Shown: positions 50,101 to 62,201 of the stretch, in pieces | How positions within the stretch are numbered: the stretch's first letter is position 1 | How the letters are laid out: each line of letters opens with the position of its first letter | Origin: Mytilus californianus | Lineage: Eukaryota | DNA length: 64,000 nucleotides | Assembly (NCBI RefSeq): GCF_021869535.1 | Contig: NW_026262712.1 | Coordinates: forward strand, 62,744,001 to 62,808,000 | Direction of reading: 5' to 3' | The notes under the pieces: model-generated | Told to the model about the DNA's origin: nothing | Databases searched by the model: none | What the model saw: the letters and a program-made list of their open reading frames with translations, nothing else | Position numbers and translations under genes: made by a program

Positions 50101-52471
50101 CTGTCACTTATCACCTCCACCCCTACCATTTAATAGAATATTTGAATATCAAAGTTACAAGTTCTGAGGTAGCTGTAAAGTCGTAAATATGATTTGAAAA
50201 TTCGCAAATATGAATTATGAAGTTGTAAATATAAGTTGTATTGTCGTAACTAGACGTTTAAATGAATTTGATATCGAAATTATGCAATTTAAAGTCGTAA
50301 GTAAAGTAACGAAATCACTAGGAAATTGTATGAATTTATAAATATAAGTTTTATCATCAGTAATTTATGTTAAAATGAAATTGTAAATGTTATTTGATAA
50401 GTCATAAATAAGAAATATATATATCGACTAAGTATATAAAAGTAAGTTGGAATCGTAGTTTTTCGATTACAAATGCTTGTTACAAAATCGTAAACAAATC
50501 CTTAAAGAAGTTTTAAATTTTTATAATGTGATATAAACATCTTTATTGATGTTAAAAGGGTTTCTTTTTTAATGAATTGTTTTTTAAGAAAGACATTTTT
50601 ACTTTAGTTGTCTTACGAACGAAATTGTAGGATATCTTGTTTCCGAGGAGAATTGAAAGATAGCTTGTTTTCGAGGAGAATTGCAGGACAACTTCTCACT
50701 AGTTTTTTTTATTTGTTTCAATCAGATCATAGAAGCATTATATTGATATTGCTTCCATGATCAGAGCGTCAAGATCGGAAAGTTTATTAGAAACTAATGG
50801 ATTTCGAATACGAATTTTTAAGTTCAAACATCCCAAACGCTGTCACTTATCACCTCCACCCCTACCATTTAATAGAATATTTGAATATCAAAGTTACAAG
50901 TTGTGAGGTAGCTGTAAAGTCGTTAACATGATTTGAAAATTCGCAATTATGAGTTATGAAGTTGTGAATATAAGTTGTATTGTCGAAACTAGACGTTTAA
51001 ATGAATTTAATATCGAAATTATGCAATTTAAAGTCGTAAGTATAAGTAACGAAATCACTAGGAAATTATTTGAATTTATAAATATAAGTTTTATCATCAG
51101 TATTATATGTTAAAATGAAATTGTAAATGTTAGTTAATAAGTCGTAAATATGAAATGTATATCGACTAAGTATATAAAAGTTTGTTGGAATCGTAGTTTT
51201 TCGATTATAAATGCTTGTTACAAAATCGTAAAAAAATCCTCAAAGAAGTTTTAAATTTTGTTAATGGGATATAAACATCTTTATTGATGTTAAAAGGGTT
51301 GCCTTTTTACTGAATTGTTTTTTTAGAAAGACATTATTACATAAGTTGTCTTACGAACGAAATTGCAGGATAGCTTGTTTCCGAGGAGAATTGCAAGATA
51401 GCTTGTTTTCGAGGAGAATTGCAGGACAACTTGTCACTAGTTTTCTTTATTTGTTTCAATCAGATCATAGAAGTATTATATTGATATTGCTTCTATGATC
51501 AGATCGTCAAGATCGGAAAGTTTATTAGAACTAATGGATTTCGAATACGAATTTTAAAGTTCAAACTAATTTACATACATTCATGACATCGACATGTTTC
51601 TTATCACCAGATATTGCAGATGTGGAATATTTTCACACATTGTTGTACTTTCATTTCTTTTTTACCTAGAAACCAGATATCCAGGACCAATTTAATTGAA
51701 ACGCAATATACAGCTTTTAGACAGTAAGAATTTGTTTTAATTTTGAAATTGAAACAAAATTTCCCAATGCTAAGAACATTGAAGGCCACATGGCCTACTT
51801 CAAGGTTATAAGATCAATGATCCTTAATGGCATTGACCTTCAACCTTAGACGTCATTTTTCAATTTACACAAATAAAAAATATATTGGAAAATCCGATTT
51901 GATTAAAATCCGATGTTGCGATACGCTACACTAGGGTAGAGAGTATTGTAGCGAAAACTAACAGCTCATTTTAATGAGATTGTTGGAAAATCTAAGGAAT
52001 TGAAAATATTTTTATATAATAAAACAAACCAAATGAGATATAGCGTGGGTCCCCAAGGGTCACCCCACACCCTGCCATTTGAGAATGTTCTGATATCTTG
52101 TAAATGGTCGAGATCCTTACCCCTAAACAACATATATAGTTATGTTTGTTATGTCAAAATGACTTGAATTATATATAAGGGGAGTCCCTAGTGGTCATCC
52201 CCACCTTCTGTCTTTTGAGAATGTTCAAATATATTGTAAGTGGTCAAGATCCCTACCCTAAACCATGCTATATTCCAGTTTGTCATGCCAAAGAGATTTA
52301 AATGATATGCAGGTCTAGTCCCTAGGGGCAATTCCCAGCCTCTGTAATTTGAGAATGTTCAAATATCTTTGTAAATTGTCAAGATTTTCACCCTAAACCA
52401 TTTATATTCTTGTTTGGAAATACCATGATGATTTGAGAATGATACATAGAGTGAATCCCCAGGAGTCACCC

Positions 52472-52650
52472 AAAAGAGGGACGAAAGATACCAGAGGGAC
52501 AGTCAAACTCATAGATTGAAAATAAACTGACAACGCCATGGCTAAAAATAAATAGACAAACAGACAAATAATAGTACAGAAGACACAACATAGAAAACTC
52601 AAGACTAAGCAACACGAACCCCACCAAAAACTGGGGGTGATCTCAGGTGC
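52472..52650 (-). mobile_element. Penelope-like 3' tail inserted in block A'
   Basis: Reverse complement of 4340-4521; absent from the homologous position in block A (~49840). Confidence 0.8.
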
Positions 52651-52724
52651 GTGAGAAACCCTGTCACTTCAGAATGTTCAAATATCTTGCAAGTGGCCAA
52701 GATCCCTACTACTAAACCATATTT

Positions 52725-52880
52725 CCCGTTTGAATGGTTGTACACTAGTAATTTTTGGGGCCCTTTATAGCTTGCTGTTCAGTGTGAGCCAATGCTCCGT
52801 GTTGAAGGCCGTACCTTGACCTATAATGGTTTATTTTTATAACTTGTTACTTGGATTGAGAGTTGTCTCATTGGCACTCA
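52725..52880 (-). repeat. Dispersed non-autonomous repeat (13939 family) inserted in block A'
   Basis: Matches 18050-18225; absent from the homologous position in block A (~49905). Confidence 0.8.
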
Positions 52881-54699
52881 TACCACATCTTCCTATATCT
52901 AAATATGTATTCCAGTTTGTTTTTATGATTTGATCGAAATACAGATTTAGTCCCAATGGGTCATCCCTAGTGCCTGTCATTTGAGAATGTTCAAATATCT
53001 TTGTATGTTGTCAAATATCCAACCCTAAAATTCCTGTTTGTCATTTTAAGTTGATTTGAATGATATATAGAGGCAGTCCAATGGGGCCATCCCAAGCGCT
53101 GTCACTTATCACCTCCACCCCTACCATTTAATGGAATATTTGAATATCGAAGTTACAAGTTGTGAGGTAGCTGTAAAGTCGTTAACATGATTTGAAAATT
53201 CGCAATTATGAGTTATGAAGTTGTGAATATAAGTTGTATTGTCGAAACTAGACGTTTAAATGAATTTAATATCGAAATTATGCAATTTAAAGTCGTAAGT
53301 ATAAGTAACGAAATCACTAGGAAATTATTTGAATTTATAAATATAAGTTTTATCATCAGTATTATATGTTAAAATGAAATTGTAAATGTTAGTTAATAAG
53401 TCGTAAATAAGAAATATATATCGACTAAGTATATAAAAGTTTGTTGGAATCGTAGTTTTTCGATTATAAATGCTTGTTACAAAATCGTAAAAAAATCCTC
53501 AAAGAAGTTTTAAATTTTGTTAATGGGATATAAACATCTTTATTGATGTTAAAAGGGTTGCCTTTTTACTGAATTGTTTTTTTAGAAAGACATTATTACA
53601 TAAGTTGTCTTACGAACGAAATTGCAGGATAGCTTGTTTCCAAGGAGAATTGCAAGATAGCTTGTTTCCGAGGAGAATTGCAGGACAACTTGTCACTAGT
53701 TTTCTTTATTTGTTTCAATCAGATCATAGAAGTATAATATTGGTATTGCTTCCATGATCAGATCGTCAAGATCGGAAAGTTTATTAGAACTAATGGATTT
53801 CGAAAACGAATTTTAAAAGTTCAAACAAATTTACATACTTTCATGACATCTAGATGTTTCTTATCACCAGATATTGCAGATGTGGAATATTTTCACACAT
53901 TGTTGTACTTTGTTTTTATTTTGCCTATAAACCGGATATCCAGGACCAATTCAATTGAAACGCAATATACAGCTTTCAGACAGTAAGAATTTGTTTTAAT
54001 TTTGAAATTGAAACAATATTTCTCAAAGTACACGTTAAAGAGATTTGCCGTACAGTTGTTAGAAACTTACAAAGTACACACATGAACCTTTATTGACAAA
54101 ACTCACGAACAAGTATTAAAACCTTTAATATTTACAACTAAGTGATATAGTTTTGATTACGTTAGTTCACCATTCTGTTGAATTTGGAAAAGTTGGTTTA
54201 TGATATTTGAGAATTACATATATCCGTAATACACTATTTCCCAAAATCAATCCAGAGTTATTTCAAACTGGAATTAGTTCTCATTATCAACTGAATAGTA
54301 CGACCCCATTTTGGCAAGAGGTGTACGCGTTTGTTTGGGGTATATCAATTATGCTACCCGTCCGTTTGATTGAATGGGATGTTAAATATGTTACCCCGTG
54401 TTGAGAGACTGTCACAGTATGCAATTATGTACTCGTGATTGCAACATACTGATGACCTTTCGTCCAATGAAAAATACGTAATTTCTTTACGTTTTGGGGA
54501 TAAAAATGCACAGACAGAGATCCAGGATTTTAATATAATGGCAGAAGGTGCTTGTACATATTGGCAAACATTTTGAAAATCATAGAAAAATTATATTTAC
54601 GTTGATTTATTCAAATTTAGATATTATCTGCGAATGTACTGAAGACTGTTGCTAAATTTATACTGATAACAGAACGTACGACATGTGTTTATGGAATAA

Positions 54700-54912
54700 C
54701 TTCTTATTGGATCATCTTTCCCTTTCAGAGCACCTGAGATCACCCACGGTTTTTGGTGGGGTTCGTATTGCTCACTCTTTAGTTTACTAATTTGTTATTT
54801 TTTTGTATTCTGCTGTTTGTCTTTTGGTCTTTTTTTTTTTTTTTTTTGCCATGGTTGTCAGTTTATTTTCGACTTATGAGTTTTAATGTCCTTTTGGTAT
54901 CTTTCGCCTTTC
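54700..54912 (+). mobile_element. Penelope-like 3' tail, degenerate
   Basis: gagcacctgagatcaccc...tggtggggttcgt...gccatgg.tgtcagttt...ggtatctttcgcc matches 4340-4521. Confidence 0.75.
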
Positions 54913-55319
54913 TTTCACCATTTATGCTCAGTATACAACTTTGGGAAGACAAATTCATAATACGCATGGGGTCTTTAAAAAAAAATAGGTCTCAATACAG
55001 CAACCAAATCCATCTAACGTCAACTTTCGTCGAGTGAATTTGGAACCTTACTTTCTGTGCGTTAACACTGAATTTTGAATTACGAATCACAACAAATATA
55101 TATGTAAAAACGATTAACATTAAAAAAAAGGGGGGAATTCCGTTAAATATCAGCTGTTTATCTATTCATTAATGTTTGTATTTATTTATTGCTTTCTTCT
55201 ATTGATCGATATATTACAGTAATTCTCAATTTACACTATAGAAAATTAATGTTCAAGTATGTTAAGAAAATCCTGTAAAAAATTGGAAATAAAATCATTG
55301 AGACATGTCATAGGAATAA

Positions 55320-55422
55320 TTATTCCTTCAATGCTAAATAATATTCAGCATGTTTGAATTCTGGCGCTTGTCTGACGACTCCAAAATCGGCAATATTTGC
55401 ATCATAATATTTTACAACAATT
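55320..55422 (-). CDS. MIF: MIF/D-dopachrome tautomerase-like gene, exon 3 (terminal)
   Basis: ttctttcag acceptor; (R)IVVKYYDANIADFGVVRQAPEFKHAEYYLALKE*, aligning with MIF RVYINYYDMNAANVG. Confidence 0.85.
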
Positions 55423-55479
55423 CTGAAAGAAATGAAAACCTAATTTACAATACAAACAAACTGATAATCACTCTATTTA

Positions 55480-56232
55480 CTGTGACTTGACTGTAAGTGT
55501 TGCTCTCCACCTATTGCAATAACCCAAAATTCGGACCAAATTGCAATTTTGTTTATGAAACCAAACTGTTCAACTGGCCAGAAATTTGAACAAACTGCTG
55601 TAGAAAACCAGTCAAGTCGTTAAAGTGCAAGGTGATAGAATTAAGCATACTAACAATCCTATATAGCTTTAATTCCACTTCAATAATATTATGAAAAATT
55701 AGTCTAACGTTTTTTATACTAATTTTATTGTTATTGTCATGATAAAGGTGATAGGTAGTAATTTTGAACTGCTATAAAAATGTCCAAACTAAGCTTTCAT
55801 ACAATTTTTATTTCGAAAAGTCTTCTATATTCAAACGAATCAGACATCACTTGAATTAAAATATCTTATATTTAGTAAAATAAGTTGTGTAATAAGTTTC
55901 CATGGGAGATAACCTTAAATCATTTATTATTCTTTTGAAAATAGAAGACTTTTCGAAAGAAAAATTGATAATCTCTCATGGAAACTTCCTAATAACGTAT
56001 TGAAATTTCACATATATTTTACTGAATATAAGATGATTTAATTCAAACGATATCTGATTTATGCTTTATTTTATCACCTTGCACTTTCACGACTTGTCTG
56101 CGGTTTTGTACAGCAATATGTTCAAATTTCTGACCAGTTGAACAGTTTTGTTTTATAAAACAAATTGCAATTTGGTCAGAACTTTGAATAAATTGCAATT
56201 GGTGGAGAGCAACACGTACAGTCAAGTCACAG
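55480..56232. mobile_element. Foldback MITE with ~170-bp terminal inverted repeats, in MIF-like intron 2
   Basis: TA|CTGTGACTTGACTGTA...TACAGTCAAGTCACAG|TA; arms 55480-55650 and 56060-56232 are reverse complements; further inner palindromes at 55800-55990. Confidence 0.85.
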
Positions 56233-57020
56233 TAGTTATGAACATGTCCACTGAGGGACTTGTGATAAAATGTATGACGGATAGAAATTTTAAAGCAAGG
56301 AACACATATACATGTATAAACTCAGATAGCTTCTATGACCGTACGAAACATATGTGTCTTAAGCATTTTTGAATCGGGCTCGTTATTCGGAAGCTTTAAT
56401 TTTGAGTGTAGTTTTCCAGTTTATGCTTTGATTGTCTAGATTACCTGGCATTCATTTATTATAGTGTGTTTGCACTTATTAACCTTATATGTTTTAATGA
56501 TTGAATGTTTAATCAGTTAACTTATTGCCTTATAATGTTTACCAATAATGAAAAAGAAAATCACTCCCCAATAGATGATTTTTTTTCTTTATTTATATAA
56601 ATATTTGAATAAACCATGATTTGGGGTGTATGATAAATAAACATCAGCACCACAACAAAATTATACGAATTCAATGAAATAAAACAGTTCTTTTTTTTCG
56701 TTTATGTTTTTGTACATAATCAGGCCGTTAGTTTTCTTGTTTGAATTGTTTTATATTTGTCATTTCGGGGCCTTTTTTAGCTTACTATGCAGTATTAGTT
56801 TGGCTTATTGTTGAAAGCTGTACCCTCTACGCCATTTGGTCTCTGGTGGAGAGTTGTCTCATTGACAATCATACCACATCTTCTAATTTTGATATTCACT
56901 GATTGATGCAAATAGTACTACTTTTTAGATTACATATCAATGTAACTAACTTCCGTATTTACAATATTTAGTTGTTTTTTGTACTGTACAGTTTTAAACG
57001 ATGAAATAACGAAATATTAC

Positions 57021-57193
57021 CTATTAGTTGGCATGCTCAGTAATGAAGCAAAAAATGGAATAAAGACTTTTGTGTAATCATCGTTGACTTTTTCATTAAA
57101 CCGGTTCGCTGATTCTATATCTAAAAACATCATAGGTGTTTTCCTTCCATTATTTATCATCCTGTTACCTGTTGAGACATTTATATACACCAA
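57021..57193 (-). CDS. MIF: MIF/D-dopachrome tautomerase-like gene, exon 2
   Basis: tactttcag acceptor and GTAATA donor; 173 nt, phase 0 to 2. LVYINVSTGNRMINNGRKTPMMFLDIESANRFNEKVNDDYTKVFIPFFASLLSMPTNR aligns ungapped with MIF (M47, G51, P55, S63 kept). Confidence 0.85.
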
Positions 57194-57439
57194 CTGAAAG
57201 TAAAGTACATATACGTATTTCTGCAACCAAATCATTTAAATTCAATTCAGTGTTTTAAATTTAATATCTAGTGAAATATCAAAATTAATGTACACTATAG
57301 ATATTATTTAGACAGCCATTGTGTACAGATCCATGAAGGACTTTATAATGTTACATATTTCAAAAAGGCTGGGCTTATATAAGTCCTATAAAATTAAGGT
57401 TTCAGTTGTTTATTGAATTAATTTCAGGTGAAATGGAAT

Positions 57440-57830
57440 TCCTCCCTTCGAAAGTTTTACGATCCCCATTATGAGTTGGTTGACTGTTACGGAATATCTG
57501 TGTTACAGATGTCCACGAATAAGTTCCAATTATTGTAACCATTCTCCCGGCCTCTTTTTTCTCGATGGTACATCACCAAATAAGACTTAACGTCGAATTT
57601 GCGCAACACAACGGTGCCACATGTGACCAGAATATACTTGCACCTCCGGAATATATAAGGTCAGCTCTGGTTTTTTGGTGGGGTTTGCGTTGCTCAGTGT
57701 TTGTTTCTATGAAGTGTTTTGTAAAGTTTTGTTTGTATTTACGTCGCTTTCCTTTCATGCCATGATTTTTTGGGTTTCTCTTCGACTAACAAGTTTGAAT
57801 CTCCCTTTGGTAACATCTGCCTTTTTTAAA
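57440..57830 (+). mobile_element. Degenerate Penelope-like 3' end in MIF-like intron 1
   Basis: ttcgaaagttttacgat...gagttggttgactgttacggaatatctg...caacacaacggtgccacatg matches 4130-4521. Confidence 0.7.
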
Positions 57831-58069
57831 AGAAGTTACAAAAAATTATCGCTGATATCAGTAAGCGTTTTTATTGGAAAATAACAAACGGATAAATGTA
57901 TGTATGCTTTGTCCAACATCTGACTGATGATATTAGTTGTTCTATATTATCCCTAGCATATAAATGTTTATGTCGATCACACAATACATGTACATAGACA
58001 AACAAACAGATTTTGCTTTATTTCAATGAAGTTAATGTGTTCCTTCCTTATGAAGTCATACCTGTCATA

Positions 58070-58290
58070 ATTGTTTTTTCGTAAATTGTTTTGTTATAAA
58101 TTAGGCCGTTAGTTTTCACAATTAAATAATTTCATATTTTTAATGTCGGGGCCTTTTATAACCGACTATACGATATAGGTTTTTCTCATTGTTGAAGGCC
58201 GTACGGTTTGCTATAAATGCTTACATCCACTTCATTTGAACTCGGGTGGATAGTTGTCTCATTGGCAATTATACCACATCTCCTTATTTT
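58070..58290 (-). repeat. Dispersed non-autonomous repeat (13939 family); a similar copy lies at 56720-56885
   Basis: ggccgttagtttt...ggggccttt...ttgttgaaggccgtacgg...gttgtctcattggcaattataccacatct. Confidence 0.75.
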
Positions 58291-58642
58291 TCTATTTTAG
58301 GTGTGAAATAACGACATGACCCGTTATGTGCTGATAATGTTCAATTATTGCAATATGAAGAATTTCACACTTTCTTTTTCTAATTTAATGCAACAAGGCA
58401 AAACGACATATTGTCGGATTGCTACATGGTCCGAACACGACGATTGCGTGGATCATGAAGAACTGGTCATTTCTGAGTTATGTCTCCATTCCCTATTTAC
58501 TGTGCGTGTCAAGGTTTTAAATCTGAAGTTGGCTGTATGAAGTTTAGTTGATAACTGTTTGTATTATATTTATTTCTTTACGTTATGGTGTTGTCTGACA
58601 AAAACATTTTATCTATCCTTTGGTAAATCTTAATGTTCTTAC

Positions 58643-58750
58643 CTCTAACGGATATTCAAGAACCTCACTAATTTTCTGTGCTACTTTGTCTTCAAAGTCA
58701 TCTTGTAAATCTGAATCTTTCAAGTTTGTATGAATAAATATTCTAGGCAT
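58643..58750 (-). CDS. MIF: MIF/D-dopachrome tautomerase-like gene, first coding exon
   Basis: MPRIFIHTNLKDSDLQDDFEDKVAQKISEVLEYPLE, 108 nt, GTAAGA donor. N-terminal Met-Pro and TN motif are typical of the tautomerase/MIF family. The acceptor cttcacag just before ATG implies an upstream non-coding exon. Confidence 0.88.
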
Positions 58751-59269
58751 TCTGTGAAGACAAGAACAGTTGGTTTCATAAATATTATAACTGAATTAAC
58801 AATCTAAAAGAAGAATACAATATTTTCAGCAATATTTTCTATTGTCACCGTAAGTGGTTCCGGTCTTGCTCCATTTATAGTTCATGCGATATCCACAAGA
58901 TATTTTTATCTTGATTTGATTAATTCTATTATAAAATAGACTTTACAATTATAGAGGTTGAAAAAAAGTTTCTAAATTAATTGATTGTATTTCTAAAATT
59001 TATCATCTGTTTAGGCATAATTATTAGTGAATTTAACAAATTAAAATTTATCATTTTACGTTCTACTAATTCTCGAACCATTAATTGAGAATTGCAGTTG
59101 CAAATTATATATCAACATCTCCAATCATAATTCAGTAATTGAAATGTTAAAGTTATACCTACATTTGAAAATTCTATAATATTATCCAAATGTAGGGTTG
59201 GAAATTATATTAACTTACCTTATGGGTGTTTAAATCACAATAGTTTCACCGTCTCAAAAATCAAATTAT

Positions 59270-62052
59270 CTATAACTGTAAACATATCTCAAGGTTGCGA
59301 ACTTGTTTACTATCAATGTGATAATGTTTTAGATAATTTATTTCATACTTGTCTACTTATAGGTTAGATAATACTTGGTCATGTTTTATGAATATATACG
59401 GGGAGTGCTACTGGCTATCTCAAACCAGCTTACATCTACACAAATCACAAATACGGGCACTGACCTAGACCACGATACAAATTGTGAAAATGTGTGGGAA
59501 AAATTTCATATGAAGGAAACAAATCAATACCTATGTACCTACTATCGACCACCATCCGATTAGGAGAATCCCTAGAACAGCTTGGTATCTCACTAAATAG
59601 AGTCTAATGCAAGAAAACGAACTCAAATATCTGGGTAAGTGGCGATTTCTATCTTGGCCACATAGACTGGAACACACCAGCAGTCATACCTTGTAAACCT
59701 GATGCTTCACTACACCATCAACTCCTTGACATATTAAATGACCACAACTTAACACAGGTAGTAAACAAGAACACCAGAAACGACACAACACTAGATCTGC
59801 TGTGTATGACCAATCCATCATTTGTCAATCGAGTCGAAACATTACCCCCAATTGGAGCGAGCGACCATGACATCGTTTACAGTGAAATAAACTTAGCACT
59901 CCTAAAAAAACATCAGGATCACAAAATATTAAATTACAAAAAGGCAAATTGGGACCAGATAGAAAAAGACATCACTGAAACATACAAACAGCTAAAAAAA
60001 GATCAAAATAAAATGAGCCTCGATGAACTATGGAATACTTTTAAGACAAACACCCAAAAGTCCATTGATAAGAATATTCCTAAAAAAAGCATTAGTTATA
60101 AATCAAAACTACCTTGGGTAAATAACCAACTAAAAAAGTTGATTAACAAGAAAAACAAACTTTACAAAAAGAAAAAAGGAAATCCCAAGTACAAACAACA
60201 ATACCAAGAAAGTAAAACCAAGCTCCAAAAAGAAATGAGAAACTCTTACTGGCAATATATAGAAAATATGATCTTTGATATTGAAATAAAGGAACCAGAC
60301 CAACCATGCTTCAAAAATACACAAAAAAAACTATATTCTTATATTAAAAGCCAAAAAAATGAAAATACCGGCATAGCTCCTCTAAGAAGTGAAGGTACAT
60401 TGCACTCAAATCCATCCGAGAAAGCGAACATACTGAACAAACAATTTCAGTCAGCTTTTACATCTGAAGCAAATACTGACATTCCAGATAAAGGTCCTAG
60501 TATTCATCCCAAAATGACAACCATAACAATATCTAGGGATGGTGTTTATAAACTTATCAAAAACATAAACCCTAATGAAGCTACTGGTCCTGATACCATC
60601 GCAGGCAAAGTACTCAAACAAAACATTGAGATATGTACAGACATCCTCACATTAATATTCACCAGATCATTAGAAACAGGCAAAGTACCATATGACTGGA
60701 ACCACGCTAATGTCACACCTGTATTCAAAAAAGGGGATAAACATAACCCAGGTAACTACAGACCTATATCTTTAACATACATAGCTTGCAAATTACTTGA
60801 ACATATCTTTGCAAGCAGCATGATGCAACATCTCGAAACCAATAACACATTGTATGAATTACAACATGGATTTAGGGCAAAGCGATCATGTGAGTCTCAA
60901 GATATCTCACTCATTCATGAATTATCACAAAATAAAGACAAGAACATACAAACAGATCTCATAATCATGGATTTTGCCAAAGCTTTTGACAAAGTACCAC
61001 ACAAAAGATTACCATATAAAATGAAATACTTTGGCATATCAGATCAAATCCTTTCTTTCTAACAGAACTCAAACAGTACTTTTAGAAAACACGTCATCTT
61101 AAAAAATACCAGTCACATCTGGTGTGCCACAGGGTACATTACTAGGACCTATACTTTTCCTTATTTACATAAATGACCTTCCATAATACATCAAACATAG
61201 CAAAATCAGACTCTTCGCAGATGACAGTATAAATTACAGACAAATTAAATCTCAAAACGACTGCCTCAAGCTTCAAGAAGATCTAGAAGCCGCCATACAA
61301 TGGGAGCAAGACTGGTTCGTGTCTTTCCACCCAGACAAATGCAACATCATGAACATAACAACCAAAAGAAATTCCATCCACTTCTACTACAACATGTATG
61401 GGCACATCTTAGAATCAGTAAAACATGTTAAATATTTAGGTATCACAATCTCTTCAGATCTAAAATGGAACACCCACATCCAACAAACAAGGCTAATAAT
61501 GTTCCACAAAATTATAAACGAAAATATTGCCATTCCATCGCAAAATTTATTACAAAAGAGTCAGTCCACCACAAGATCCACCAATAAAGATGCTTACCGA
61601 CAAATCCAATGTAACAAAGACAGCTACAAATTTTCTTTCTTTTGTCAAACAGTTAAAGACTGGAACAAATTATCCTCAGTCATAACAAAAAACACCACCA
61701 CAGAAACTTTCAAGGATGCAATCACTCACGATGTGCTCCTTGATACCTATCCACACCTGAAGTAATCAGGCAATCATGTTTTATCTTAAATTAAAAATAA
61801 AAATAAAAAATGAAATATTAGAAAAACTACATAAAAACGAAAAATCTAAAAACAAAGAAAAATTGTAAAAATGAATAAAAATATAACAAATATACAAAAA
61901 TATGGAATACAAACAAATTGACAATCTATGTTTAACTGCATTTATATAAAATACATAAATTTTTAAAAAATTTACCAGGTATGCGCCGGAAAGTAAACAT
62001 CAGTATGTTGATGGTTTTCTGAAACTGAAGAAGAGGAAGAAGAAGAAGAAAG
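59270..62052 (+). mobile_element. Decayed non-LTR retrotransposon ORF2 (APE endonuclease and RT), RTE-X/CR1-like group
   Basis: Endonuclease motifs YRPPS, GDF, TLDL..TN, SDHD. RT motifs GPDTI, WNHANVTPVFKKGDKHNPGNYRPISLT, QHGFR, DFAKAFDKVPH, VTSGVPQG..LGP.LFLIYINDL, RLFADD, KYLGITI. Frameshifts and deletions; GAA tail at 62025-62052. Confidence 0.9.
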
Positions 62053-62112
62053 TCCGAGGCGTATTGTCTGATCAATTTAGAACATATTCACACCTTCGAG
62101 TGACATAGTATA

Positions 62113-62201
62113 TGTAAGAGAATGATAATCCCTTTCTTCATGATTAGGTACGAGCGTTAGCTAGTACTTATCATGAAGTAAAGGATTATCATTCTCTTAC
62201 A
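62113..62201. repeat. 89-bp near-perfect hairpin (mini-MITE)
   Basis: TGTAAGAGAATGATAATCCCTTTCTTCATGATTAGGTAC, a 12-nt loop, then GTACTTATCATGAAGTAAAGGATTATCATTCTCTTACA. Confidence 0.8.

Larger units (their letters stand above)
49300..54020. repeat. Nested tandem duplication A-B-B-C-A'-B-C
   Basis: B is an AT-rich unit of about 735 bp starting cgctgtcacttatcacctccacccc near 50098, 50838 and 53097. C (about 200 bp) lies near 51570 and 53830. A lies at ~49300 and A' at ~51825. Confidence 0.85.

Noticed and set aside
50630-50700. Triplet of ~28-bp direct repeats in each B unit
   Set aside because: Repeats are contiguous with no spacers, so this is a minisatellite rather than a mini-CRISPR.
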